Source: Octopus sinensis (lineage: Eukaryota). From it: 64,000 bases of DNA. A model generated the notes under the pieces. That model saw only the letters and a program-made list of their open reading frames with translations, searched no databases and was not told the origin of the DNA. The stretch is from contig NC_043014.1 of assembly GCF_006345805.1 (NCBI RefSeq), forward strand, positions 39,556,001 through 39,620,000. Direction: 5' to 3'. This document shows positions 12,458-25,020 of the stretch, in pieces; the stretch's first letter is position 1, and each line of letters opens with the position of its first letter. The position numbers were made by a program, and so were the translations under genes.

Positions 12458-13490
12458 AGGCACAAGAGTGGCTGTGTGGTAAATAGCTTGCTTACGAACC
12501 ACATGGTTCCGGGTTCAGTCCCATTGCGTGGCATCTTGGGCAAGTGTCTTCTGCTATAGCCTCGGGCCGACCAAAGCCTTGTGAGTGGATTTGGTAGACG
12601 GAAACTGAAAGAAGCCTGTTGTATACATGTATATATGTATGTGTGTGTTTGTGTCTGTGTTTGTCCCCCTAGCATTGCTTGACAACCGATGCTGGTGTGT
12701 TTACGTCCCCGTCACTTAGCGGTTCGGCTAAAGAGACCGATAGAATAAGTACTGGGCTTACAAAGAATAAGTCCCGGGGTCGATTTGCTCGACTAAAGGC
12801 GGTGCTCAAGCATGGCCGCAGTCAAATGACTGAAACAAGTAAAAGAGTAAAAGAGTAAAAAGAGAGTAAAGATGAATAAATTCTTAGTTTTTGTTGTAGA
12901 TTGTGTAGGGAGCTATCTTAGAAACGAATCTATAAAGAGACTTGCCAGATGTTTCAGTTCTTATAGAGATTATAGAGAGGCACAGGAGTGGCTGTGTGGT
13001 AAGTAGCTTGCTTACGAACTACATGGTTCCGGGTTCAGTCCCACTGCGTGGCACCTTGGGCAAGTGTCTTCTGCTATAGCCTCGGGCCGACCAAAGCCTT
13101 GTGAGTGGATTTGGTAGACGGAAACTGAAAGAAGCCTGTCGTATATATGTAGATATATATATATATATATGTATGTATAAGCTAAGATTTTTTGGCTGCT
13201 ATTTCTAAAAGTTCAGGGTGTGGTAAAGTAAATTATTTTACTGAACCCTAATTATATAACGTAATGTTTTAAATATATGTATGTGTATGTATATGTTTGT
13301 GTGTCTGTGTTTGTACCTCCAACATCGCTTGACAACCGATGCTGGTGTGTTTACGTCCCCGTAACTTAGCAGTTCGGCAAAAGAGACCAATAGAATAAGT
13401 ACTAGGCTTACAAAGAATAAGTCCTGGTGTCGATATGCTCGACTAAAAACGGTGCTCCAGCATGGCCGCAGTCAAATGACTGAAAGAGAG
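12458..13490 (+). mobile_element. Two SINE-A copies within a 520-bp-period tandem duplication
   Basis: Copies at 12458-12870 and 12978-13490, each preceded by the same ~110-bp flank (12348, 12868). Confidence 0.9.
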
Positions 13491-13558
13491 ATAGGCTAGC
13501 AACAGAGAAATGGTAAATATTTGCAAGTTTATTGGGGTTTATTATTATTATTATTATT

Positions 13559-16500
13559 CCCTAACGATGTGGGATCGTTAGGGAAAAGTTTCTCTCAGAA
13601 ACTTTACAAAAATATTATTGAAGCACCCGTGCAAAAGCACAAGGGAGCCACCCCCACCACCAACAACAGTAAGTAGAGCCTTTTTTCTCCTTTTTTTTTT
13701 CCCCTAACTTTTGAAACATGGCAAATCTTAGAATCGGTTGCTTGAATGTGAGAGGCCTCGGGTCACCTTGGAAACAGGGTCACCTGTTAAACGACCTGAG
13801 GTTTCATGATGTGGATGTAGCAGCCATCAGTGAAACCAGGCTCTCCGACCCGCAGGAACTCGCAGCCCTTTTCGGCGGATACGAGATTTTCTATCTCCGT
13901 GTCGGCAGGGAGCGGGCGGTGGTGGTACTGTGGTGTTGTTTCGGAAGGGCCTGGACCTGAAAATAAGGACAGTCTTCTTGGATCGGAAGGTAGTTGGTGG
14001 TCCTCGACGTCGACGGTAGTGACGGCGGTGCTTTCAGACTGCTGGCTGCCTATGCTCCGACAGGAGCAGGGCAGTCGGATTATTTCAAACGTCTGGAAGT
14101 TTTCCTGGGAACGTCACGCACTCTAGTACTAGTTGGGGATTGGAACGCTGTCTTAGACGAACGTTTCGATCGGGGGGGGCAGGGGAGCGTCTGATAGGAG
14201 AGGGGGATGGTGCAAGAGCCTCGCCAACCTACTCGGCCGCTTTCAGCTGTCCGACAGGTTTCGACTAGACAACCCGAATGTGCCAATGTGGACTTGGACA
14301 AACCGCATCGGGTCGTCTAGATCGTACTTAGATAGAGTGTTTTGTAGGCCAGCGGATAAGGACAGCGTAGGGTGTCCACAATTCCACCTAGTCGAATATA
14401 CGAACACAAATTAGTGATCTGTACGGTCGACTTAGATAGGCTACATAGACAGGGACCCGGCTACTGGAAGCTGAACGCGTCGTTAACGGCGTGCAAAGCT
14501 TACAGAGACCGGATTAGTTTACTAGTTAAGCGGGCGCTCACGGGGGCAATCATCACAAACAAACTGGTGGTTTGCCCTCAAGAGAGCAATTAGAGTAGAG
14601 TCGATTAGGTATAGTAAGACTCTAGCTATTGAACGTAGGAAGAGAGAGCGGGATTTAGTAAGAAACTAGACGAGGCTCTTGACTGGCATCGCGACCGACG
14701 TGTTGGCGGCAAGGTTGGCCCTCGACCAACACTTCGACGCCAAACACGAAGGCTGCGTTGTCAGAGCTAAGGCACGTTCGCTAAGCGGGGAGGGGACTAG
14801 AGCCGCTCGATGGGCCGCGTGGCGGAGGCGAAGCGAGGCAACAGAGCAACCATTCGGTCTTTGGTGGACCAGAACGGGCGCGAGGTTACCCAACCGAAGC
14901 AGATGTGTACGGTGCTTCAGCGGCACTTTGCTCAACTGTTGGGACGAGCGGTGGAACGGACACAACGGTGCAGACTTCGGTGTGTACCTGGACGGACTGC
15001 CGCAACTCTCGGACAGCGAGGCAGAGTGCTGCGAAGGACCGATATCTGCCTGGGAAGTACAGGAAGCGATGAAGAGTTGCACGAGAGGTAGATCGCCGGG
15101 TTTGGATGGTCTGCCCTACGAGCTTTACTTTTCAATGCCAGACTTGTTTGCCGACCTGTTGGCAAACGTCTACTGCAACTGGCAGCAAAACGGGAGAATT
15201 CCTGCTTTTGTCTGTCGAGGGGTGGTGGCTTTGCTAAAGAAGGACCCAAACAAGGGGGACGTTATAGGGAATTTCCGGCCCATCACTCTGCTCAATGCAG
15301 AGTTGAAGATTTTGGCCAAGGTGCTAGCCAAGAGATTGGCGCTTGTCGTGGACAAGCTGGTCGGCGAGACGCAGACATGCGCCGTGCCGACCAGGTCGAT
15401 ACACGACAACCTCCATCTCATGCGCTACATCATAGAGAGGGTGGGTAACGACACTGGCGCGGGTGGGGCTTTGATCAACTTGGATCAGAGTAAAGCCTTC
15501 GATAGGGTCGACCATCGGTACCTGGCAGCTGTCCTCAGGGCAGCCGGCTTCGGTCCAGTCTTCCGCGGGTGGATCGCTGCTTATACAGCAACATCTGCTC
15601 AGTGATACGGGTGAACGGTCACCTTTCGGAACCGTTCGACATCTCGCTTTGAGGGGTATCCCGCGCGATCTAGGAGGCGGAAACAGCGTGTCTGCTTATG
15701 CCGACGACGTCACCGTGGTGGTGTCGAGCCACAGGCACATTGGCCTGATTGGCGAGACGCTAAACCAGTACGAAGCGGTGACAGGGGCAAAGATAAGCGG
15801 CGGAAAAGTCTGTGGGCTTGCAACTGGGCACCTGGAGAGGCAAGCCCATGCCGTCCAACAGCGTCGTAGGGCGCTGGACAGACGGACCCGTTAAACTGCT
15901 CGGGGTCTGGTTCGGTCCGGACCTCCAGGTGGATAAGAACTGGGAAGAGGTGACGAGCAGGGTGGCACGTCTCACCCAGAAATGGGCCGAGAGGAAGCTG
16001 TCCCTGAAAGGTCGAGCGGAGGTGGTGAATGCGTACATCGCATCCGTCATCTATTACCGCTTGACCGTCGTCCCTTGTCCCGACCGCTGGTTGGCCAAGC
16101 TGGTACGTCTGCTCTTCGACTTTTTGTGGAAGGGTCAGGTGCCACTGGTCAGGCGATCCATCTGCTGTCAACGACCGCTGAACGGAGGCCTTGGAATGCC
16201 GTGGTTACTGTTGCGCAGACATGCGCTCAGGCTGCGGCATCTCAAGCGCTTCCTAGACGGTGAACAGGTGTGGTCGTCTTTTGTCAGACGCGATTTTCCG
16301 CAGCTCGTCTCTTTGACGGAACTGCAGACCTGGATCAAACGTAGACCGAGAAAGGGCGCTTGGCACCTCGAGTGCCGTCAAGCCTCTCCGCCCTCCGCCA
16401 GGCGGGCAATGCGGTCGGTTACAGCTCCACTCTAGCGTTCTATAGAGGGTTAGTGGAGGAAAAATGCGACGACGTTCTCGGGGAAACTCTAGGCGTTGAA

Positions 16501-17346
16501 GATGACGAACTGTGCGGTCTGTTCGGGAGGACTTTCGGGCCGGGGCCGATGGATAATTTCCAGAGGTCTCTCACTTGGCAGTGCTACCGAGGGGCTCTGC
16601 CTGTTCGAGATAAACTCTACCGGCACGGAAGTGCCGTCAGCCGGGCCTGCCCGAGGTGTTGCCAGGACGACGAAACCGTTCTGCACGCACTCGTTCAGTG
16701 CCCGAGTATTGCTGAAATATGGGTTTATGTCGAACAGCTACTGTCACGTGTGGGACGGATCCGACTATCGGCCGAATCCATAGTGAAGATTGCCCCGCCG
16801 ACCTCCTTTAACAAGGAGGGCGAGGCCGTTTTCTTGTGCCTAGTGGCTGTGGCGAAAGAGGTCGTGTGGTGGACTCGTTTGAAAGGGCTAAAGACAGACA
16901 CTTTCCTCTTTGGTCAAGGCCTCATCAACTTTTTCAAGTTTCACTTGAAAAGGAAGATGAGGTTAGAGAGGAAAGTGCTGTCCGATAGCAAGTTTTATGA
17001 AAGGTGGGTGAATTGTGCGAGACTGGCCTGTATAAATGGACCAGTTCTCAGGTTTCGCCTGTGATTTCAAAGAAAAAGGTAATGTAAAAGGAGAAGAAAG
17101 GGGACTCTCTACACCCCCTTTTTTTGACCAGGCTCCCGTTGGCTTTTGTAGGGTTTTTTCCACCAGGAACCTTTCGAGACGTCTCCCCCTTTTGGGAGTT
17201 TTTTCATTGTTGAATTTTATAAGTTGTTATAAAGATTTTTACTCGATGTTTTTAAAAAAACGGCAAAACCCTTTGTAACCTTTCGTCCTGTCTTGTCCCT
17301 TTATGTAATCATGCGTGTCAGCCCTTGTGGCCAATAAAAAAGAATT
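13559..17346 (+). mobile_element. Tx1/L1-clade non-LTR retrotransposon, ORF1 absent or truncated, inserted in (ATT)n
   Basis: (ATT)n on both sides; ORF2 remnants from 13718 to 17064; 3' UTR ends GCCCTTGTGGCCAATAAAAAAGAAT. Confidence 0.9.
13718..17064 (+). pseudogene. Tx1-type ORF2 (APE endonuclease, reverse transcriptase, CCHC zinc finger), frameshifted
   Basis: LNVRGL, ISET, YAP, GDWN, HKLV (APE); SPGLDG, FRPITLLN, LDQSKAFDRV, YADD (RT); CPRC...HALVQC. Spread over several frames; the QGCPLSP motif is missing near 15645. Confidence 0.92.
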
Positions 17347-17624
17347 GATTATTATTATTATTATTATTATTATTATAATGGCGTAAATAATAAACAATCT
17401 GTTGTAGAAATATACGCTGCAGGGATTCTGTGATATATATAAAATAAACTAATTGCTGATAATATTAACTTCAACGCTGGTTATCTATTAGTTAAGTGAG
17501 ATAGAAAAGAATCACTTTAATTCAGTGCAGAAAGTTAAATAAACAAAAAAGGTTATAATCACAAGGTCAGTACAGATTGATCCCAACCATGAGTTCATAA
17601 TCATACAGTTTCTTCTCTCTTGTA

Positions 17625-17835
17625 TTACTCTTTTACTTGTTTCAATCATTTGACTGTGGCCATGCTGGAGCACCGCCTTTAGTTGAGCAAATCGACCCCA
17701 GGACTTATTCTTTGTAAGCCCTAGTACTTATTCTATCGGTCTCTTTTGCCGAACTGCTATGTTACGGGGATGTAAACACACCAGCATCGGTTGTCAAGCG
17801 ATGTTGGGGGAACAAACATATACACACAAGCACAT

Positions 17836-17870
<35 letters not shown>

Positions 17871-18050
17871 CATACATATATACGACGGGCTTCGTTGAGT
17901 TTCCGTCTACCAAATCCACTCACAAGGCTTTGGTCAGCCCGAGGCTATAGTAGAAGACACTTGCCCAGGGTGCCATGCAGTGGGACTGAACCCAGAACCA
18001 TGTGGTTGGTAAGCAAGCTACTTACCACACAGTCACTCCTGCCCCTATTG
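17625..18050 (-). mobile_element. SINE-A, full length
   Basis: Matches the family from tail to head. Confidence 0.85.
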
Positions 18051-18059
18051 TTGCCAGAG

Positions 18060-18370
18060 AAGGTGTGTGGCTTAGTGGCCAGGGTGTTCAGCTCATGATC
18101 ATATGGCCATGAGTTCAATTCCCGGCAGCACACTGTGTCCTTGAGCAAAACATTTATTTCTCATTGCTCCAGCTAGCAAAAGTGAGTTGTACCTATAATT
18201 CAAAGGGCCAGCCTCATCACACTCTGTTTCATGCTGAATCTCCTTGAGAACTGCATAAGGGTATGCATGTCTGTGGAGTATTCAGCCACATATACATTAA
18301 TTTCACAAGCAAGTTGTTCCATTGATTGGATCAACTGGAACACTCGTCATTATAACTGATAGAGAGTCAG
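18060..18370 (+). mobile_element. SINE-D (tRNA head, CORE-like segment)
   Basis: GGTGTGTGGCTTAGTGG...GAGTTCAATTCCC...CCTTGAGCAAAACA; head duplicated at 18780-18885. Confidence 0.65.
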
Positions 18371-19077
18371 GCCTTATGTTGCTACAAAGGCTTCATTTCC
18401 CTCTCCTCTTTACTAATTACCTGAGAACCCTTCCAATTCAGGTTCGTTAATCTCTTCTTCTCCAATCATGCTTTCTACATACCACCTCCTGTGTTCCACA
18501 TGAAACATTTCACCAAAATCTTCCTTTCCAGACTTTCACCTTTCTGGAATTTTCTCCCTGTCACAATGTTTTTCCTGAGTGTGTGTGTGTGCATACATAT
18601 ATACAACAGGCTTCTTTCAGTTTCCGTCTACCAAATCCACTCACAAGGCTTTGGTCAGCCCAAGGCTATAGTAGAAGACACTTGCCCAAGGTGCCAGGCA
18701 GTGGGACTGAACCCAGAACCATGTGGTTGGTAAGCAAGCTACTTACCACGCAGCCACTCCTGGGCCTATTGTTGCCAGAGAAGGTGTGTGGCTTAGTGGC
18801 CAGGGTGTTCAGCTCATGATCATATGGCCATGAGTTCAATTCCCAGCAGCACACTATGTCCTTAAGCAAAACATTTATTTCTCCTTGTCTTAACATCATG
18901 TGTAAATTGTAAACAAACTTCATCATCATACAAACAGTGTCATTCATTTGTAATGTTCCATGGAAAACATGTCCAGATTAAGGGATAAATGTTAAGTAAA
19001 CCGCTTTGAAACAGATAAGGGTTGGTTTAGAAAACTTGCCTAATGATGATAATGATGACGACAACGGTGATCTAATG

Positions 19078-19648
19078 TATTGGGTTATCCGGAAAGTTTG
19101 TGCTGATTTATAGTAGCTTATCTTTTGACTTATTTTAGAACATGGTTGAGTCCATAAAATAGGATTTGACTACACCTCCATTTAGAGCACAGTTTAAGCT
19201 ATCTTTTCGTGGAAGAAGGTTTATGTTCCTATAACCTGTGTTAATTCTGTAACCTTTTAAAATGGAAGATAAGAAAGTTCATTTTCAGCACTTGATGCTT
19301 TAGGAACCAGACAAAAATTGCTGCAGCTCGGCTGGGATGTGTTACCCCACCCTCCATATTCACCAGATATTGCTCCTTCGGATTTCCACTTATTCAGGTC
19401 TCTGCAGAATAGTCTTAATGGTAAAAATTTCGATTCCTTGGATGATGTAAAAAGATACCTTGATGAATTCCATGCCATGAAATCACCTCAATTCTGGGAA
19501 GAGGGTATTTTCAAGTTAAAGGAAAGATGGAGATGCATTGTGCAACAAAATGGTTCATATTTGGTTGATATAAAAATGTAATGGCAAGTATTTATTGACC
19601 TTTTTCTTTCCTTTAAAAATCGGCACAAACTTTCCGGAAAACCCAATA
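19078..19648 (+). mobile_element. mariner internal-deletion derivative (mellifera-like subfamily)
   Basis: TIRs TATTGGGTTATCCGGAAAGTTTGTGCTGATTT / AAATCGGCACAAACTTTCCGGAAAACCCAATA; MEDKKVHFQHLML (19262) is fused near 19301 to LGWDVLPHPPYSPDIAPSDFHLF...RWRCIVQQNGSY. Confidence 0.9.
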
Positions 19649-21137
19649 AAATTTAAAAGATTCTTCACCTTGGAATGAAATCATGGCTTAAAGTCGGGTC
19701 TTAATTCCATATATCTAACTACTTGGAGACTATAATAGACCATTTTTCCTTCTTTAAGGGACTAATAAATGTAGAATGACATTCAGAGCTAACTGGAAAA
19801 TGACTCCCTAAATATTTAAGAGTAAGATTTACAGGGAATAAAAGCATGCATATCTGATAATGCAGGGATACAAAAAGTACAGAGAAAAACTGATTCAACT
19901 TTGATATTTCAGGAAAATTAGTTTTATGTGTCACAGAAATTAAAAACATTTATAAAAAAATTTTTTAAAAAACCCAGAAAATATAACAATGCTCGTAAAA
20001 CAATAATGTTATAAGTCAGCTGTGAGAGTTCAAAGTATATTTGTTAGTTGTTAATGACTTTATTATAGACAGAAGAATGAAAAGTTAACTACCAAAGTTA
20101 GGCTCTTAGTATTAAAGAATTTTGGGGAACTGACATCTTCCAAGAAAAAATTTCCCTTTCATTGCCATGAAACTTATTCCTCTGACATTTAACTTGACAT
20201 GCTAGAACAGCATAACATCTGACTTCTAAATACCTTTTATACACTTACACATGCATACACATACACACACACACACACACACATACATACATACATACAT
20301 ACATACATACGTGTGTGTGTGTATAAGTCTGCCCTTTGTGTTGATGGGCAAGGGTAAGGAACAATGGAAAGGGTAAGGAACAATGATGGGAATTCTTAAA
20401 TTCTTGACCTAATAGTGCAAAGAGATAAAGGTGAGATGAAAAACTTTTGCAGTTATTTTTAAGTGAGGAAGGTCACCGATTAAAGAAGAATTTGACTTGT
20501 TCTGTAGACTAGCACGCAGTTAGAATATAAAGGAAAATCTTGGAGTGGGGTTAAATACGAGAGTTGAGAAGGAAACAAATGGCATGATAAATTAGGCAAA
20601 TAATTTGTCCAATTAACTGTTATTCTTTTAGGTCTTTATACATATATATTTTTTTTATTTTTGCCTTTGTCGTCGTCTTTTTCTAAGTGAATTCAAGATT
20701 GATGAGAAAGAAGATAGAAAATTAATTGGTATTTAAGTTTTGTGTAATAGTCTGTGTTAGTTTTTTCATTCTTTATTCCAAGATTGTAGAGCGACATATT
20801 GAAGTTGTATGCATTGTTTTGTGAAGATTTCTGGCCTTCATAAAGATTAAGGCAAGGAAGGAGGTATCAAAACATGGCCCACAAGCCAGATCTGGCACAT
20901 AGCGATGTTTAGTTCAGTTCCTCCCCCAGTTTTATAAAGAGAAATTTATCATAATTTTTCTTGATTTTAAAATATCAATATATATATATATATATATATA
21001 TGAATAAATAAATGGAGTTTAACGCAGGTGTAATCAAATATTTTTACTTTCGACACATGTTTCGAAAATTTTTGCTGCGCTGGTATCTATTTATTTATTT
21101 TTTCCGTGTTAATTGTTAACAAGGTAAAAATACACTC

Positions 21138-21229
<92 letters not shown>

Positions 21230-21242
21230 GTACATATATACA

Positions 21243-21744
21243 CATGCCAGTGCCGCTGGACAGGCTCCTGTGCAGGTGGCACATAAAAAGCACCATTTGA
21301 GCGTGGTTGTTGCCAGTACCACCAGACTGGCCCTGTGCCGGTGGCACATAAAAGCACCCACTACACTCTTGGATTGGTTGGCGTTAGGGAGGGCATCCAG
21401 CTGTAGAAACTCTGCCAGATCAGATTGGAGTCTGGTGCAGCCTTCTGGTTCGCCAGTCCTCAGTCAAATCATCCAGCCCATGCTAGCATGGAAAGCGGAC
21501 GTTAAACGATGATGATGATGATGATGGTGATATCATACCATGAAACCAGTGTTGGAACCTAACTTTATTTTTGAAGTCTGGGAGTTATCTATTTCATCAG
21601 TTCTCTTGCCGAATCACTAAGTTACAGAGATGTAAACAAACAAATATCAGTTGTCGAACAATGAGGAAACAAACACAGACACACAAACATACACATGCAC
21701 ACACACCACACACATATATACATACATATATTATATATATATAT

Positions 21745-21817
<73 letters not shown>

Positions 21818-22290
21818 GTACATATATACACATGCCAGTGCCGCTGGACAGGCTCCTGTGCAGGTGGCACATAAAAAGCACCATTTGAGCGTGGTTGTTG
21901 CCAGTACCACCAGACTGGCCCTTGTGCCGGTGGCACATAAAAGCACCCACTACACTCTTGGATTGGTTGGCGTTAGGGAGGGCATCCAGCTGTAGAAACT
22001 CTGCCAGATCAGATTGGAGTCTGGTGCAGCCTTCTGGTTCGCCAGTCCTCAGTCAAATCATCCAGCCCATGCTAGCATGGAAAGCGGACGTTAAACGATG
22101 ATGATGATGATGATGGTGATATCATACCATGAAACCAGTGTTGGAACCTAACTTTATTTTTGAAGTCTGGGAGTTATCTATTTCATCAGTTTCTCTTGCC
22201 GAATCACTAAGTTACAGAGATGTAAACAAACAAATATCAGTTGTCGAACAATGAGGAAACAAACACAGACACACAAACATACACACACGC
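21243..22290 (+). repeat. 588-bp-period tandem duplication of element C plus a SINE-A fragment and microsatellite
   Basis: Units start at 21243 and 21831; the differences I saw are 1-nt indels and microsatellite length. Confidence 0.9.
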
Positions 22291-22310
22291 ACACACACAC
22301 ACACACATAT

Positions 22311-22355
<45 letters not shown>

Positions 22356-22770
22356 TATATATACATACACACACACATATATATATACACACACATACAC
22401 ACATACATATATATATATATATATACAAATAAGAAAATAGAGGAACATATTCATTTCAATCATCGACTAACAGATATTACCAATTCATATTATTTATTTA
22501 TTTATTTTTGCCATTTGGGTGCTTCACCAGCAGTATATTGGATAACTGATATCCCATAGTGGGTTACACTCATAACCCCTATCTCACTTTGTACTTATAT
22601 ATATACGACGGGCTTCTTTCAGTTTCTGTCTTCCAAATCCACTCACAAGGCTTTGGTCGGCCTGAGGCTATAGCAGAAAACACTTGCCCGAGGTGCCACG
22701 CAGTGGGAATGAACCCGGAAGCAGGTGGTTCGTAAGCAAGCTACTTACCACACAGCTGCTCCTACGCCAA
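22170..22770 (-). mobile_element. SINE-A split at its internal (TA)n by a ~170-bp insert
   Basis: Body fragment 22170-22290, insert 22425-22600, head 22605-22770. Confidence 0.7.
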
Positions 22771-22909
22771 TACATAAAATATTTTAACAATATAATGGGA
22801 CTTTTGTGTGTTCAGTAGAATAAAATAGGAATCAAAGGGGTCCATAGGTAAAGAATGGTTGAGAACCACCGCCACAAAGTAGGAAAACACATGGTGCATG
22901 AATAAACCA

Positions 22910-23131
22910 TACGAAGGGGTGCTGAAAAGTTCCTGGTTTTAAGGGTGTCATAAAAGGCCGAGTTGGAGACCCAACCTTCTGAGTTCTTTTACAGGATTTA
23001 GAAAAACTGAAAGACTACTGCAATAAGTATGTGAATCTGAGAAGGGAATATGTTGAATAAAATCATAATTAACTGATCCTCTTGTATTTTCTTTTACCCA
23101 AAGCCAGGAATTTTTTCAGCACCCCTTCATA
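22910..23131 (+). mobile_element. mariner deletion-derivative MITE
   Basis: TA-bounded TIRs TACGAAGGGGTGCTGAAAAGTTCCTGG / CCAGGAATTTTTTCAGCACCCCTTCATA; interior encodes LEKLKDYCNKYVNLRREYVE*, a transposase C-terminus. Confidence 0.85.
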
Positions 23132-24036
23132 TGTAATATTACAAATACAGTACAAATAAAAAAAAACTAATAAAAAAATATTAAAAAATCACTAATTCTG
23201 AATTAAAATATTGTTTTTGTATTTTTTTAATTAAACCGTATTCCCATGCCTGAAATGGGTTGGTCATATCTTCCAATATGAGAGATGTATTGTTCGAATG
23301 TTCTTACACATAAGCATTGAATTAGAAGCTTCAACAAAACCAAATCTTCCAAAAGACATATCTAGCTGGCTATTTATTTATTTTGCAATTCATCTTTACT
23401 AAAGACTTTACCTCCAAAATGGAAGTTTGGTAAAACTTTTAGAAAAAAAAAAATAATAAATAATCGTTGTTATTTAAACCAAATAAAAATAAAAAAAGAA
23501 CCAGAAGAAAAGAAGAAAACGGAAAACCTCAAGTCGCTCCAAAACTGTTTAAAGGAAAACTGATACGAAATAAAGAAGTTTGTGTTTCTTTCAACAAAAA
23601 ATTTTTCGACTATCATATGAAACCTATCTACGTCCTCATGTGATGGCAAACATTATATTAATAAATCATATATATTTTGTAAATGTTATCTTACTGTCAC
23701 ACACACCATGTGTTTTCATCTTCGGTATTACTACTACTATTACTGCTGCTGTTTCTGCTGCTGCTGTTGTTTTTCTCTTATTCATATCTCCATGTGTTTT
23801 CTTACTCTATTGATGCTCGATTTCCCCATGCTGTCGTTCTGCTAGTAAACTGCTGCTATAGCTGTTCTCTGCTCACATCAATAACAACAGACAAACAATG
23901 GCAATGATTCATTTTCGTATTTGGCTTGCAAGATTCTTGATGTGAACTCGTTCGCTGAAACAGGGTTTGTTGTATCTTTGGAGGCTCATTATGCCAATAA
24001 TGAATACACACACACACACTGGTTCTGTTTCACTTC

Positions 24037-24095
<59 letters not shown>

Positions 24096-24785
24096 TTAAT
24101 TGGTTAACTATTAAACCAACTAACCAGTTGTTTGATTAAGCATTCATGCCCTTTTCATGCCAGGCCAGCCACCCTGAAGCAGAGAGGACATGTCATTGAA
24201 GAGGTACTGAATAATGAAGAAACGACAATATCAAATGATTAATCAAAAGATCAATTAGTTATTTGGTTAAATAAACAACCAATTAATAAATGACACTATG
24301 GAAATGAAACTGAACCAGTGTGTGTATATTATTGGTACAATGACCCTCCAGAGATACAACAAAATAGCAAATGTTCCTACCTACAAATAGTATCACTATC
24401 CTACAAAAAGTGTGGTTTGAACAAATGGGAAACACTGTTTTGGAATATCAGTGGAAATTTGTTTATACATGCTGAGCCAAGAGAAAGGGGTTTCCTACTC
24501 CTTCAAATTTACACATTTGCTTATCCAAATGGATTCTAGTGATATGAATGTTATTGAAGGATTTAGCAGCTGAAACAGTGCAAACATTGGTTTTCTCAAG
24601 AACTGTATACATTCATTTGCTCACTTAAGCCCCCATGCCCCTTACAGAACATAGACCATTGATGACTTTTCTTTACTGTTCTCAGGTGGGAGATGACGCA
24701 ACCCTTCCTGCCCATGCGTGAAAATTTTCACACCTGTAGGCCACATCAATTCCCAACTGTTATGCCAAGAGTATAGGCATGTAGT

Positions 24786-25020
24786 TATTTCTTTACTACC
24801 CACAAGGGGCTAAGCACAGAGGAGACAAACAAGGACAGACAAACGGATTAAGTCGATTATATCGACCCCAGTGCGTTAGTGGTACTTAATTTATCGACCC
24901 CCAAAAGGATGAAAGGCAAAGTCGACCTCGGCGGAATTTGAACTCAGAACGTAACGGCAGACGAAATACGGCTACACATTTCGCCCAGCGTGCTAACGTT
25001 TCTGCCAGCTCGCCGCCTTT
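24786..25020 (-). mobile_element. SINE-B monomer with 15-bp TSD
   Basis: GTATAGGCATGTAGT at 24771-24785 and 25023-25037. Confidence 0.9.

Noticed and set aside
17140-17190. Complete hammerhead in the first Tx1 3' UTR
   Set aside because: Only GAGACGTC resembles GAAA-CG-UC; core and stems do not assemble. Kept only as a weak note in the 51712 finding.
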